IMG/VR virus record: IMGVR_UViG_3300027770_001980 | Coordinates: 157,357-221,356 of that record | Direction: 5' to 3' (one strand) | Length of the DNA: 64,000 nt | In this document: piece after piece, positions 12,001-20,169 of the stretch | Layout: every line of letters begins with the position of its first letter | Numbering within the stretch: position 1 is the stretch's first letter | The notes under the pieces: model-generated | The model's database searches: none | Seen by the model: the letters and a program-made list of their open reading frames with translations, nothing else | What the model was told of the DNA's origin: nothing | Translations under genes and position numbers: made by a program

Positions 12001-13191
12001 ATTAGTAAAACAAACCCATCTGCTCCATTAGAAATAGGTGATGAAAATCAATTCAGTGGTGATCCGTGGATCCGTATTAGATCAACTGCCAGTAACATTC
12101 GTTCCGCTTTCATACAACTCACAGGTAGACAGCTTGGAGTTGACGAAACCTGGAGTATGATAGCAGCAGGGTCTGGCCTTGGAAATGCTGGATTACGTTT
12201 TACACGAGGTGATTGGGTTACTGGAACAGTAGCAATGGTGATTGATTCCAGCGGCAACGTGGGAATTGGAACCGGTCCAACACAGACAATCGCATCAACA
12301 TATGGTTCCGATTTAGTTGTACATAGGGGTGCGACACGCGGAGGCGGCGGTGCTGATACCAGAATAGCAATATCAAACACCAGTACAACTGGTGCAAGCA
12401 ATCTACGGTTTTATACCAGTGCTACTTCGTATCTAACCGCAGAAATTGCGGTAGGTGGTCCAGGATATACATCATGGGCCGGGGCACTTAGTTTGAACTT
12501 TCTTGCTGTTCAAGGCGGTCCAATAGCATTTCATAAAGGTGGCAACACCCCGGGTTCTTCTGGTAGCGCAACTGAACTGATGCGTATCACCCCCAATGGT
12601 GCTATTGCATTCAGTGGAGCAACTAACTATGGATCAAGTGGAAATGTATTAGTTAGCCAGGGCGATGCTGCTCCACAATGGACTGCTATAGGAGCAATTG
12701 CTGCCGGTCAAGCAACCACTGCAACCAATTTAGCAGGTGGTACGGCCAACGCGATCCCTTATCAATCAAGTGCAGGAACAACCGCTTTCTTGGCAGCAAC
12801 TACATCCGGTTATGTGTTAGCAACACAAGGTACTGGATCTGCACCTACATGGGTTTCTCAAGCAAGTATAACATCAAGTGTTGGAGATTCATTAAAAACA
12901 GTTTCAACAGCTACCTCGGCAAAGTTTTATCCAACATTTGTAAATAGTAACAACGCAAGTCCAACTGCCGAGCAGTTATACACTACTTCTTCTATCAGTG
13001 TAAATCCCGGTACAGGTGATGTATCTGCACCACAATTCATAGCAAACAATGCTATGATACTCAATACATCAACCGTGATGAACAGTTATACTATACCCAC
13101 TGGATATAATGCTATGAGTGTTGGACCTATTAGTGTTTCAAACGGTGTTACCGTAACAATCAGTAGCGGACAACGATGGGTTATTCTTTAA
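9013..13191 (+). CDS. Tail fibre-like protein (1392 aa) with a modular repeat architecture
   Basis: TAAATA box at 9000-9005. ExMRI, GALQVVGGVGVG and ATNLAGG repeats; C-terminal motif IPTGYNAMSVGPISVSNGVTVTISSGQRWVIL. Confidence 0.8.
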   Translation: MAQLLSGTRIYGTGTVDSQLFINGNTAATSTNTGALQVVGGVGVGGNLFVGGTLYASAVTGNITTATNLAGGNASQLAFQTALGVTSFVSSGTAGQILVSAGSTSTGPVFTNTSTIRVGFATNAINASTLLSGTAQSIVYQSSTGTTAFLSASTSGYLLSTQGTGAAPAWISQASLTAGGVDTVKTIENATNSIFYPTFVNSNNVSATGESLYTTSSFSINPYTGYVTIGTSSTISGSVSAPLTVYKDGSQESNTPVGTYNVAQFGNSAGSRGVGINYDPTNVTGGLYSFGINSNLIFYTPTGSTYKERMRISTGTVGIGTVGLVTTAPLHVAAPLSTGTIVTVGMFTQNIDTALTTGSGVRLVLAAGNSQSRAAIIEAAVESGLNAHYLAFSTNASGASPTEKMRITSAGGIAFGGATNYGATGNVLVSQGDAAPQWTAIGAIAAGQATTATNLAGGSAAQIAFQTAIGKTSFAGPGTAGQILVSAGSTSTGPVFTNTSTIRVGFATNATTLENGTAQSIVYQSSTGTTAFLSASTSGYLLSTQGTGAAPTWISQASITAGGVDTIKTVGQASIADYYPTFVNSNNVSATGESLYTTSSFIINPATKEISVNGTGRFTSPANGTTGAVVLRANTTNTATTYLQWSNNASTIQYGAIGVTSATDIVFLNSSVERMRITSTGAIAFSGATNYGSSGNVLVSQGDAAPQWTAIGAIAAGQATTATNLAGGTAGQLPYQNAPGDTSFAGPGTAGQILVSAGSTSTGPVFTNTSTIRVGFATNATTLSSGTAQSIVYQSSVGTTAFLAAGTSGQVLQTNGTGSAPTWVSTGSLTAGQATTATNLAGGTAGQLAFQNAPGDTGFAGPGTAGQILVSAGSTSTGPVFTNTSTIRVGFADNASTLLSGTVQSIVYQSSTGTTAFLSASTSGYLLSTQGTGAAPAWISQASLTAGGVDTVKTVGQVTSSTFYPVFVNSNNSSATGEYLYTTSSFSINPYSGHVGISKTNPSAPLEIGDENQFSGDPWIRIRSTASNIRSAFIQLTGRQLGVDETWSMIAAGSGLGNAGLRFTRGDWVTGTVAMVIDSSGNVGIGTGPTQTIASTYGSDLVVHRGATRGGGGADTRIAISNTSTTGASNLRFYTSATSYLTAEIAVGGPGYTSWAGALSLNFLAVQGGPIAFHKGGNTPGSSGSATELMRITPNGAIAFSGATNYGSSGNVLVSQGDAAPQWTAIGAIAAGQATTATNLAGGTANAIPYQSSAGTTAFLAATTSGYVLATQGTGSAPTWVSQASITSSVGDSLKTVSTATSAKFYPTFVNSNNASPTAEQLYTTSSISVNPGTGDVSAPQFIANNAMILNTSTVMNSYTIPTGYNAMSVGPISVSNGVTVTISSGQRWVIL
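9292..11687 (+). repeat. Module A: 83 bp identical direct repeat x4 (9292-9374, 10450-10532, 11260-11342, 11605-11687)
   Basis: gcaggacaaatactggtcagtgctggtagtacatcaactggcccggtattcaccaatacatcaaccattagggtaggatttgc, compared base by base in four places. Confidence 0.92.
9427..11820 (+). repeat. Module B: 90 bp identical direct repeat x3 (9427-9516, 10576-10665, 11731-11820)
   Basis: gtatatcaatcaagtacaggaacaaccgctttcttatctgcaagtacatccggttatctgttatcaacacaaggtaccggtgctgcacct occurs three times. Confidence 0.92.
10284..12722 (+). repeat. Module C: 84 bp identical direct repeat x3 (10284-10367, 11094-11177, 12639-12722)
   Basis: tggaaatgtattagttagccagggcgatgctgctccacaatggactgctataggagcaattgctgccggtcaagcaaccactgc occurs three times, each after an ExMRIT motif. 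Confidence 0.92.
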
Positions 13192-13202
13192 TATAGTCAA
13201 TT

Positions 13203-15158
13203 ATGCCAAGTTTTATTAATGCCTCAACAACAGGATCGGGCGGACTTATCGCATTTGGTGATAATTCTGGAATATTAGATTTCCAAACTGGTAGCAGTAC
13301 AAAGATGCGTATTGACTCCAGCGGGAATGTGAGCATTAATACAAGCACCGCAGTTTCTCAAAGTAAACTAACAGTAAACGGTTCTATCAGTTCAACTGGA
13401 TCTGACGGTAGATTTGGCAGCGGTGGTCAACGAGCAATATTTGATATTGAACAAATTGGAATATGGACTGCACGAATCGGAGCAACATCCGGAGGTGTGA
13501 CTACAGGAACTAATCTTGGATTTTATGTAGGAACCAGCGCTGGCAGTAACTCTCAGGCTATGCTCATTACTTATAATGGCGCTATTGCATTTGGTGGTAC
13601 AACTAATTATGGATCAACCGGAACAATTTTACAGAGCAACGGCAATGCTCCTCCAACCTGGGTCGATACATCGAGTATAGTAGCAGGTTCAACCCCATTG
13701 ACAAATACATATGTTGGATATGGTGCCAGTGGCGTATTATCAGGAAGTAGTAATTTAACATGGAGTGGATCACAGTTATATATTAATGGTGGATCACTAT
13801 CAACTCTTACTAATAGTCAAATAATTGCACAGCGTTTTCAAGTCTCAAGTACCAACGCTGACTATTTAGAAATTAGCAATGTTCGTGGCACAACAGGCGC
13901 AGGATGGAATCAAGCAGGTTGGAGAATTCAACAAAAAATTGATAGTACCTGGATGGCATACATTCAGTTTAACGGTACAAGAACTGGCACTAACGATAGT
14001 GGAATGAGTTTCGGTACTGGTAGTACTACTGCCTTTGCAAATACTGTCAGTGAGCGTATGCGTATTGATCAGGACGGCAACGTGGGTATCGGACCAAACG
14101 GTACTGATGCTAATGTTAGATTGTTGGTACAGAATAGTGGTAATCAGAATGTCGCTTGGTTTAAAAATTTCAGTGGAACAAGAGCAGCACCAATAGAAAA
14201 TGCCGATTGGCCATGGCCTGTTATGACATTGTCTGGATATGGCAATTTTTACCGACAAAATATGCTGTCATTTACATTGCCAAATGATGCCAAGAGTCAA
14301 ACAAACGGTATATATCACACAGACGATAGTGTTTGGAATTTTTCACTCAATGGTGTAACAGGTGTAAATAGTTGGGATAATGCGTCTGGCAGCACCACTC
14401 CTGCTACAACATCAACCACTTCTACCGGTCTACAATTATTAGGTCCTGGTAATTTACGTTTAGGCACCACCGCCTCCAACAGTATATTTTTTAGAACTTC
14501 CAACGTTGATAGGGCTACAATTCATCCTAACGGTTATATGAGTATAGGCGGCAACTTAGCATCATCAAGCCAGTTGAATATCAGTGGTAGTAATCAAAGG
14601 GGTGGCGCTTCCTACCACGATTTCTTATATGTAAACAGTACATATGCCAGCGTCACAACTGGTAGCAAATCTTTTAGATTAGGTGCCGCTGGCACGGTAG
14701 AAATAGTCAATGCTGCATATACTTTGGTGATATTCAATCTTACAGATGCCGGGGCACTAAGTGTAACTAATGAAATTACAGCATATTCTTCAGATAAGAG
14801 ATTAAAGACCGACGTTAGACCTATTGATAATGCTATCGATAAAGTAAAATCATTAAACGGTATTATCTATAAATGGAATGATTTAGCAAATAGTTTGGCA
14901 GGATATAACATCAATGAAGATTTAATTGGATTATTTGCACAAGATGTACAAGCAGTATTACCACAAGCAGTAAGACCTGCACCATTTGACCAAGAAAATG
15001 GTGCAAGCAAATCCGGTGAAGATTATCTAACTGTTCAATATGAAAAACTTGTTCCATTATTAGTAGAAGCGATCAAAGAACAACAGGCTATTATCGAACG
15101 ACAACAAAAACAAATAGATCAGATTCAAGCCATGCTGGCAGAACTGCTCAATAAATAG
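13203..15158 (+). CDS. Tail fibre protein with a C-terminal intramolecular chaperone (peptidase S74) domain
   Basis: C-terminal AYSSDKRLKTDVRPIDNAIDKVKSLNGIIYKWN...IGLFAQDVQAVLP...YEKLVPLLVEAIKEQQ followed by a coiled coil. Confidence 0.88.
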   Translation: MPSFINASTTGSGGLIAFGDNSGILDFQTGSSTKMRIDSSGNVSINTSTAVSQSKLTVNGSISSTGSDGRFGSGGQRAIFDIEQIGIWTARIGATSGGVTTGTNLGFYVGTSAGSNSQAMLITYNGAIAFGGTTNYGSTGTILQSNGNAPPTWVDTSSIVAGSTPLTNTYVGYGASGVLSGSSNLTWSGSQLYINGGSLSTLTNSQIIAQRFQVSSTNADYLEISNVRGTTGAGWNQAGWRIQQKIDSTWMAYIQFNGTRTGTNDSGMSFGTGSTTAFANTVSERMRIDQDGNVGIGPNGTDANVRLLVQNSGNQNVAWFKNFSGTRAAPIENADWPWPVMTLSGYGNFYRQNMLSFTLPNDAKSQTNGIYHTDDSVWNFSLNGVTGVNSWDNASGSTTPATTSTTSTGLQLLGPGNLRLGTTASNSIFFRTSNVDRATIHPNGYMSIGGNLASSSQLNISGSNQRGGASYHDFLYVNSTYASVTTGSKSFRLGAAGTVEIVNAAYTLVIFNLTDAGALSVTNEITAYSSDKRLKTDVRPIDNAIDKVKSLNGIIYKWNDLANSLAGYNINEDLIGLFAQDVQAVLPQAVRPAPFDQENGASKSGEDYLTVQYEKLVPLLVEAIKEQQAIIERQQKQIDQIQAMLAELLNK

Positions 15159-15178
15159 GAAGCCGACAAGGGAAAATT

Positions 15179-15397
15179 ATGTCAGTATTACCAGCAACAG
15201 GCGCAGCAATATCGATGGGACGAACACAACAAGCATACAATAATGTAGCAGCAGGAACCGGTGCGGCGGCCACTGGTGGCAGCACCTCCGTTAGATTGAG
15301 TGCATCGTTAGGTGCAAGTTATGGTGGTAGGGCTGCTGGAACAGCTATTAGTTTTTCTTCAACCTTCGGTGGCAAAACAACCCCTTATACTTACTAA
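15179..15397 (+). CDS. Small Gly/Ala/Thr-rich fibre-associated protein
   Basis: 72 aa; TAAATA at 15152-15157 and an AGGG RBS upstream. Confidence 0.5.
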   Translation: MSVLPATGAAISMGRTQQAYNNVAAGTGAAATGGSTSVRLSASLGASYGGRAAGTAISFSSTFGGKTTPYTY

Positions 15398-15399
15398 AC

Positions 15400-15858
15400 A
15401 TGAAACTTGAACAAATTGATGATGTAATATCCAAAATTAAAATTGGACCCAGTAAATGGGAATTAGATACTATTGTTTGGCATGACAGATTGTCTAATCC
15501 AGTAACTTTGGTAAATTTTTTACTTCGAATACAAATGTTATCTGAAAAAAATTCCGAATCTCAAGAACTAACTCATCTTTTAGAATTATTAGATGAAATG
15601 GAAGAAAGCGATATCAATGAGCTAATTGAGAGATCCGAAGAAGAAGCACACGATGCATTTATTGAAAATTTGGCAAAAAAAAGTGCTCTTGAAGTTTTAA
15701 CTAACGGCAGAGTGGACATTGAAACATTAAATACCTCTTGCAAACTCAGCCCTAATGACTTTATACTATGTGCTAAACGAACCCAAGATTTACTAGTTAC
15801 TATTCATGGACTGGTGATCAAAGGCGAGTCACTTAGTGAAGATGTCGCAGGCGCATGA
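15400..15858 (+). CDS. Hypothetical acidic, helical protein
   Basis: 152 aa ORF tightly coupled to both neighbours. Confidence 0.5.
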   Translation: MKLEQIDDVISKIKIGPSKWELDTIVWHDRLSNPVTLVNFLLRIQMLSEKNSESQELTHLLELLDEMEESDINELIERSEEEAHDAFIENLAKKSALEVLTNGRVDIETLNTSCKLSPNDFILCAKRTQDLLVTIHGLVIKGESLSEDVAGA

Positions 15859-16511
15859 AAACAAAATCAGTATTCTCATCCAGTAGTTGGTCAACAAAAA
15901 AAAGTAAATTAGCAGTTTGCATACCTTGCAGGGATACTCTGCATTCTGCACATGCTATGTGTTTAGTTGAATTAGTCAAATTCAACACCATGAACAATAT
16001 AGACACACATGTGTTTATGGATGCAAGTACTGTATTGCTAACCCAAAGAGAACGATTGGCCATGATGGCATCGGATCTTAATGCAGAATATACACTTTGG
16101 TTAGATAGTGATATGACATTCCCTTCTACTACTGCGGTGAGATTGATGTCACACAATGAAGAAGTTGTGGCAGCAAATTATGTCAAGCGACAACTGCCTG
16201 CTAAGGGTGTGGCCTATGAAAAAATATGGGATTGGCAAAATCCGTTAGGGTTTGATATACAAGATCAACTAGTTCCTGTAGAGGGAATAGGAATGGGGTG
16301 TATGTTAATGAAAACCGATATTTTCCGAGAAATTCCACAACCCTGGTTTGAATTCCAATGGACTCCTGAATCTAATGATCATCTAGGGGAAGATATGATA
16401 CTATGTCAAAAGATTGCCAAGACTGGTAGAACTGTTAAAGTTGATACTGTATTAAGTCAAGAACTAAGACACCTTGGTACCTGGGCGTTTGGACCAGATC
16501 TGTTAAAGTAA
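15855..16511 (+). CDS. GT-A fold (GT2-like) glycosyltransferase
   Basis: LAVCIPCRD N-terminal strand, WLDSDMTFP (DxD motif), GIGMGCMLMK and GEDMILC motifs. Confidence 0.75.
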   Translation: MKTKSVFSSSSWSTKKSKLAVCIPCRDTLHSAHAMCLVELVKFNTMNNIDTHVFMDASTVLLTQRERLAMMASDLNAEYTLWLDSDMTFPSTTAVRLMSHNEEVVAANYVKRQLPAKGVAYEKIWDWQNPLGFDIQDQLVPVEGIGMGCMLMKTDIFREIPQPWFEFQWTPESNDHLGEDMILCQKIAKTGRTVKVDTVLSQELRHLGTWAFGPDLLK

Positions 16512-16943
16512 TTCTAATAATAATTCTATCTTAGCACGAATTATCTTGCTACTAAAAGAATTCTTCACACCTCTGTGCAATGGTTTAGGCCATTGATCAT
16601 AACTAACCCATGCATATCCATCATGCTCATCATTTAGTGATGGGATAAATTCTCTATCAACAACTAATACATAGGTATTATATTGAAACTGTTGATCGTT
16701 ACTTACAAATAATTCTAAAGGTACAACTTTTTTAATAGTAGGTGTTCGACCTACTTCTTCTTGTATCTCTCTTGTAAGTGCATCAAAGGGAGTTACATCT
16801 GACGGTTCTTTTCTACCTCCGACCAATCCCCATGTGCCGGCAGTATTAATCTTGGTCCTTGATAATAGTAAGAATCTTTTGGTATCTTTTGCTAAAAATA
16901 AACCGCCACTACACACCACTTGATTTACAGTATTAATCTCCAT
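16503..16943 (-). CDS. Nudix hydrolase
   Basis: Nudix box GGRKEPSDVTPFDALTREIQEEVG and a downstream EHDGYAW motif. Confidence 0.9.
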   Translation of the reverse strand: MEINTVNQVVCSGGLFLAKDTKRFLLLSRTKINTAGTWGLVGGRKEPSDVTPFDALTREIQEEVGRTPTIKKVVPLELFVSNDQQFQYNTYVLVVDREFIPSLNDEHDGYAWVSYDQWPKPLHRGVKNSFSSKIIRAKIELLLELL

Positions 16944-18346
16944 AGTGCTGCATCATAGACGCCCTCATAACTTTTACTCCATGCTCCATTTTCCCACTTA
17001 TACTGTGTGTTAGTATATGAGTTAGTTATGTATATCACATCTGTATGATCAACAGAACTGAAAATCACTTGCCAAGAATCTCCATTCCATTCAATTATAT
17101 CATTAGCAAATGCTTGAAAATCATCCCCATTATTATTTTTCCAAGCGTTTGGTCCTGTATATCCAGGTGTTCCAAATTGAATTGTATTATTAATGTCGTT
17201 GAGTATTAGATATCTGGTTCCAGCAGCAACTGTTTCGGGATTATAAGTTTCAGGATCTATAACTGCATCTATGGTTCCTCTGCCCACAGGATTATAGTTA
17301 CTGCTTATAGTTGTATTTGTAGGCACACCCGGACTATCGGGGTCGATATTTAATTTCATAATAAAATCATCATTTGGGTCCAAGCTAATGTAAGCAATAA
17401 CTTCGTTACCACCAGAGTGCCCAAATCGTAATTGACTTAAACTTGCTCTAAATCTTCCCGGATGTAAATCTAATATTTTTAACCAAGAAACAGAATTAAG
17501 TGGAGAACTGACATCTATATTTTCCCCAAGGCCGTTGGAATTTATTAGTCTTGCGGTATTATTCAATACCAACAAATCATATTTTCCTGCTGTAACTACT
17601 ACACCAGCATCTGGTGTTATACCACCGAACATATCAGCAGCACCGACTTGGCTGTATTCATTAGCAATAGTACCTTGTGCATTAGAAGAAAATATATTAG
17701 ATATAATCTTAGTAATGATTCCTAATTTCTTAACTTTAGCAGGAGGGGTTATCCAAATAGGAGTTTCAAAAGTCATAGTCATTATATCGATGTCTTCGGT
17801 GGTACCCTGTGGAATTTGTCGACTTGTCCAATTTACATCATCTAACCTTACTGAACTTAAACTGGTCCAGTCGAGATAATTATCAGTGGTTTGTATCTCA
17901 AAACTGGGTGTGAAGAAAACTGCTATCTGTTCAAATATTTGTAATTTTTGTTCATTGCTGGTAGTCCATATATCTGCATTCATTGTTAACTTATATGGAG
18001 TTGGCATGATACGTTCTATGGTATAATTACTACCTTGATTGTTTGTATACAATCCGGATCCATCATCAAATGCACGTTCTCTAACTTGTATCTTGCCGAC
18101 AAATGTGGGATCCTGCATACGCTCTCTATCAAATTCTAATTCCTTGATGTAGCAAGCAATGAACGGAGCACTGGGCATTGTGTTCTCACTATTCTTTTTA
18201 AGTATCTGCCCAACTTGTCGAGTCATATCACCATACCGAACAGGCACCTGGACAAGATTCCCTTTGGCATCTTTGTAAGCATAGTTGCTCATCAGTTGAA
18301 TAAATTGTGCCAAGTATCTACGTACTTGACCGTCATAAAAATAATC
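16925..18346 (-). CDS. gp15: Tail terminator/sheath stabiliser (T4 gp15-like); start codon unresolved
   Basis: DYFYDGQVRRYLAQFIQLMSN...VPVRYGD...RMQDPTF...PTPYKLTMNADIW...QIFEQI is a gp15-like pattern. The frame is open upstream of TTG 18313 only as far as the TAA at 18365-18367. Confidence 0.7.
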   Translation of the reverse strand, partial: DYFYDGQVRRYLAQFIQLMSNYAYKDAKGNLVQVPVRYGDMTRQVGQILKKNSENTMPSAPFIACYIKELEFDRERMQDPTFVGKIQVRERAFDDGSGLYTNNQGSNYTIERIMPTPYKLTMNADIWTTSNEQKLQIFEQIAVFFTPSFEIQTTDNYLDWTSLSSVRLDDVNWTSRQIPQGTTEDIDIMTMTFETPIWITPPAKVKKLGIITKIISNIFSSNAQGTIANEYSQVGAADMFGGITPDAGVVVTAGKYDLLVLNNTARLINSNGLGENIDVSSPLNSVSWLKILDLHPGRFRASLSQLRFGHSGGNEVIAYISLDPNDDFIMKLNIDPDSPGVPTNTTISSNYNPVGRGTIDAVIDPETYNPETVAAGTRYLILNDINNTIQFGTPGYTGPNAWKNNNGDDFQAFANDIIEWNGDSWQVIFSSVDHTDVIYITNSYTNTQYKWENGAWSKSYEGVYDAALWRLIL

Positions 18347-18364
18347 CGATTTAGTACAACGGCG

Positions 18365-18931
18365 TTAAACCGAAGCCTCCTTAAGTTGTTTTCGAGCCAA
18401 TGCTCTCTCAGTTATTGCTGTTTTTCTTGCATTAGCAATTTCTGGTCCGTATATTTCTTCCCAAGTCATACCTAATTTTTTACCTTTGTTAGCAGAATTT
18501 TTGCCTTTATTTGGATGAGACTTACCCTTCATAGGGCCGCCGTCTTTTCTTTTCCAACCTCCATCTTTACCTTCTGCTTTTCGTCTAGCATGTGCTATTT
18601 TTTGAGCACTGCTCATTCGTTGTTTACTTTCTTCTGAATGCAGTTTATTTCCGCCTGCTTGTCGAATATTAAATCCATTATTAATAGAATCAAATTTTTC
18701 TACATATTTTCCTTCAAGCATGTTTAATTCTTCTAAAGAGTTAGCCGTTGTAAGAACTTCAAATGTAAATGCATCTATTCCGTATTTTCTTAAGGCATTA
18801 TGAAAATGATACTCTCTTGTGGTATATCGACTATCTGCAATATGCTCTAATCGTCGTTGATTAGGATTTTGTATAGTTTGACCTATATAGCATCTGTTAG
18901 ACTCTATATGTGTAAATTTATAAATGTGCAT
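18365..18931 (-). mobile_element. Free-standing GIY-YIG homing endonuclease (Seg-like) with a basic C-terminal DNA-binding region
   Basis: HIYKFTHIESNRCYIGQT (GIY-YIG variant), R..EH, FHNALRKYG, E..YV, GFN; NUMOD3-like LHSEESKQRMS and GKSHPNKGK. Confidence 0.88.
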
Positions 18932-18932
18932 G

Positions 18933-20141
18933 TTAGTTATCTGCTCTTGGTTTTAGTACTTGACTCAACGCTTGACGTTCTTGAACAACTTCTCCAGCAA
19001 TGGTTGCAGTATTGATATTATTAACAAAACTTGATTTTAGTTTTCTTCTTACCAATATCGGATTGTCAGTTTGTGTCTCTCCCAACATACTGGTTGTCAT
19101 TCTAACATTATCTTCATATTTAATCCAATGTTTTCCATCATGCCTAAACAGCCTATTAGGCAAATAATCTGTTCTTAGAAAGAAATCACCCAATTGAGGA
19201 TTTGCAGGAAAATTAATTCCAAATCCATATGCTGATCCATTTGGCGGAATTCCATCACCTGTTAGATATCCAATAAAATAATTTTTAGAAGGTGTATTTA
19301 AAACAGCCGATGCATCTAAATATGACATTGACATATCGCCGCTGGCATCTGTATTTGAAATAGACGCATCTGCAATAGATGCTAATTGCGTTCCTGTATT
19401 TTCTATAGGAATTACAAAAAATTGTTCTGTTTTATAACCGCTTGCTTCAACATCTGCTTGTGCCTGTTGAATAATTTGATTGTTAATCTCAATATTTTTC
19501 TTGTAGGTTGACAATAAATCACGTAATGTACTTCCGTCTTCGGCACCCGAATCTGCATCAAGAATCTCTTTAAATTCTTGACTATCGACCAACGGAACAC
19601 ATTTAGCTCTAATTAGGTGAGGGTACCATGTTTGACTATATCCCGATGCTGGCCTATTAACTTCTGATACTACATAAAATCTCTTTAGTGCTACAATACT
19701 ATCATCTAATGCGTATTCATCTTTCTGGTGTGGTAATTCTATAACATCACCGGACATTATTTTTCTACCCAAAGCATCGTAACTACTTCTTAAGTGGAAA
19801 CTAATCATAACATTATCATTGTTTAAGAACAATCCAAATTGACTTAAATTAAAATCTAAATCTTGCAAGGTATAAATTCCACGGATAACATACACATCCG
19901 GGTCATAGTGTCTATCTCTATTTTCCATGAATAGCAAATCCTGTATTCCTAACTCAGGAATAGCAGTTGCTGAATTGTTTGGAATAGTAGGGCTACTGGT
20001 TCCTTCTAATGGATCAACGGTCCCTAAATATTTGTGTATATAGACATCAGTTCCGCCAACTTGAAATTCTTCGTTGATCACTCGATCTATAAATTTAAAA
20101 TCATTGCCCTTTTCGGGACGGTACATAGAAAGTCTTGGCAT
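18933..20141 (-). CDS. gp14: Neck/head-closure protein (T4 gp14-like)
   Basis: MPRLSMY...IDRVINEEFQVGG...DLLFMENRDRHYD...LSQFGLFL...GDVIELP; adjacent to the gp13-like and gp15-like genes. Confidence 0.65.
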   Translation of the reverse strand: MPRLSMYRPEKGNDFKFIDRVINEEFQVGGTDVYIHKYLGTVDPLEGTSSPTIPNNSATAIPELGIQDLLFMENRDRHYDPDVYVIRGIYTLQDLDFNLSQFGLFLNNDNVMISFHLRSSYDALGRKIMSGDVIELPHQKDEYALDDSIVALKRFYVVSEVNRPASGYSQTWYPHLIRAKCVPLVDSQEFKEILDADSGAEDGSTLRDLLSTYKKNIEINNQIIQQAQADVEASGYKTEQFFVIPIENTGTQLASIADASISNTDASGDMSMSYLDASAVLNTPSKNYFIGYLTGDGIPPNGSAYGFGINFPANPQLGDFFLRTDYLPNRLFRHDGKHWIKYEDNVRMTTSMLGETQTDNPILVRRKLKSSFVNNINTATIAGEVVQERQALSQVLKPRADN

Positions 20142-20148
20142 AGTATTC

Positions 20149-20164
20149 TATTTATGGCTAAATA
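20149..20164. promoter_or_regulatory. Back-to-back TAAATA late-promoter boxes (minus 20149-20154, plus 20159-20164)
   Basis: Both lie in the 28 bp gap between the divergent ATGs of the gp14-like and gp13-like genes. They match the core of the T4 late promoter TATAAATA. Confidence 0.65.
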
Positions 20165-20169
20165 TCAGT

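Noticed and set aside
9292-12722. Diversity-generating retroelement or invertible shufflon in the tail fibre
   Set aside because: No reverse transcriptase or invertase is present in the window. All repeats are in-frame, same-strand coding modules, and the differences next to them are not adenine-specific.
1982-14503. Minus-strand and alternate-frame ORFs overlapping the fibre genes
   Set aside because: They are shadow ORFs (Pro/Val/Thr-rich antisense of Gly/Thr codons) with no RBS or recognisable motifs.
18347-18931. Group I intron carrying the GIY-YIG endonuclease
   Set aside because: The ORF fills nearly the whole interval, leaving under 20 nt outside it. I could not recognise P7-type core motifs, and the implied 5' exon would not end in U. 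Splicing is not formally excluded.
18347-18931. Intein fused to gp15
   Set aside because: There is an in-frame stop, no N-terminal Cys/Ser and no C-terminal His-Asn.
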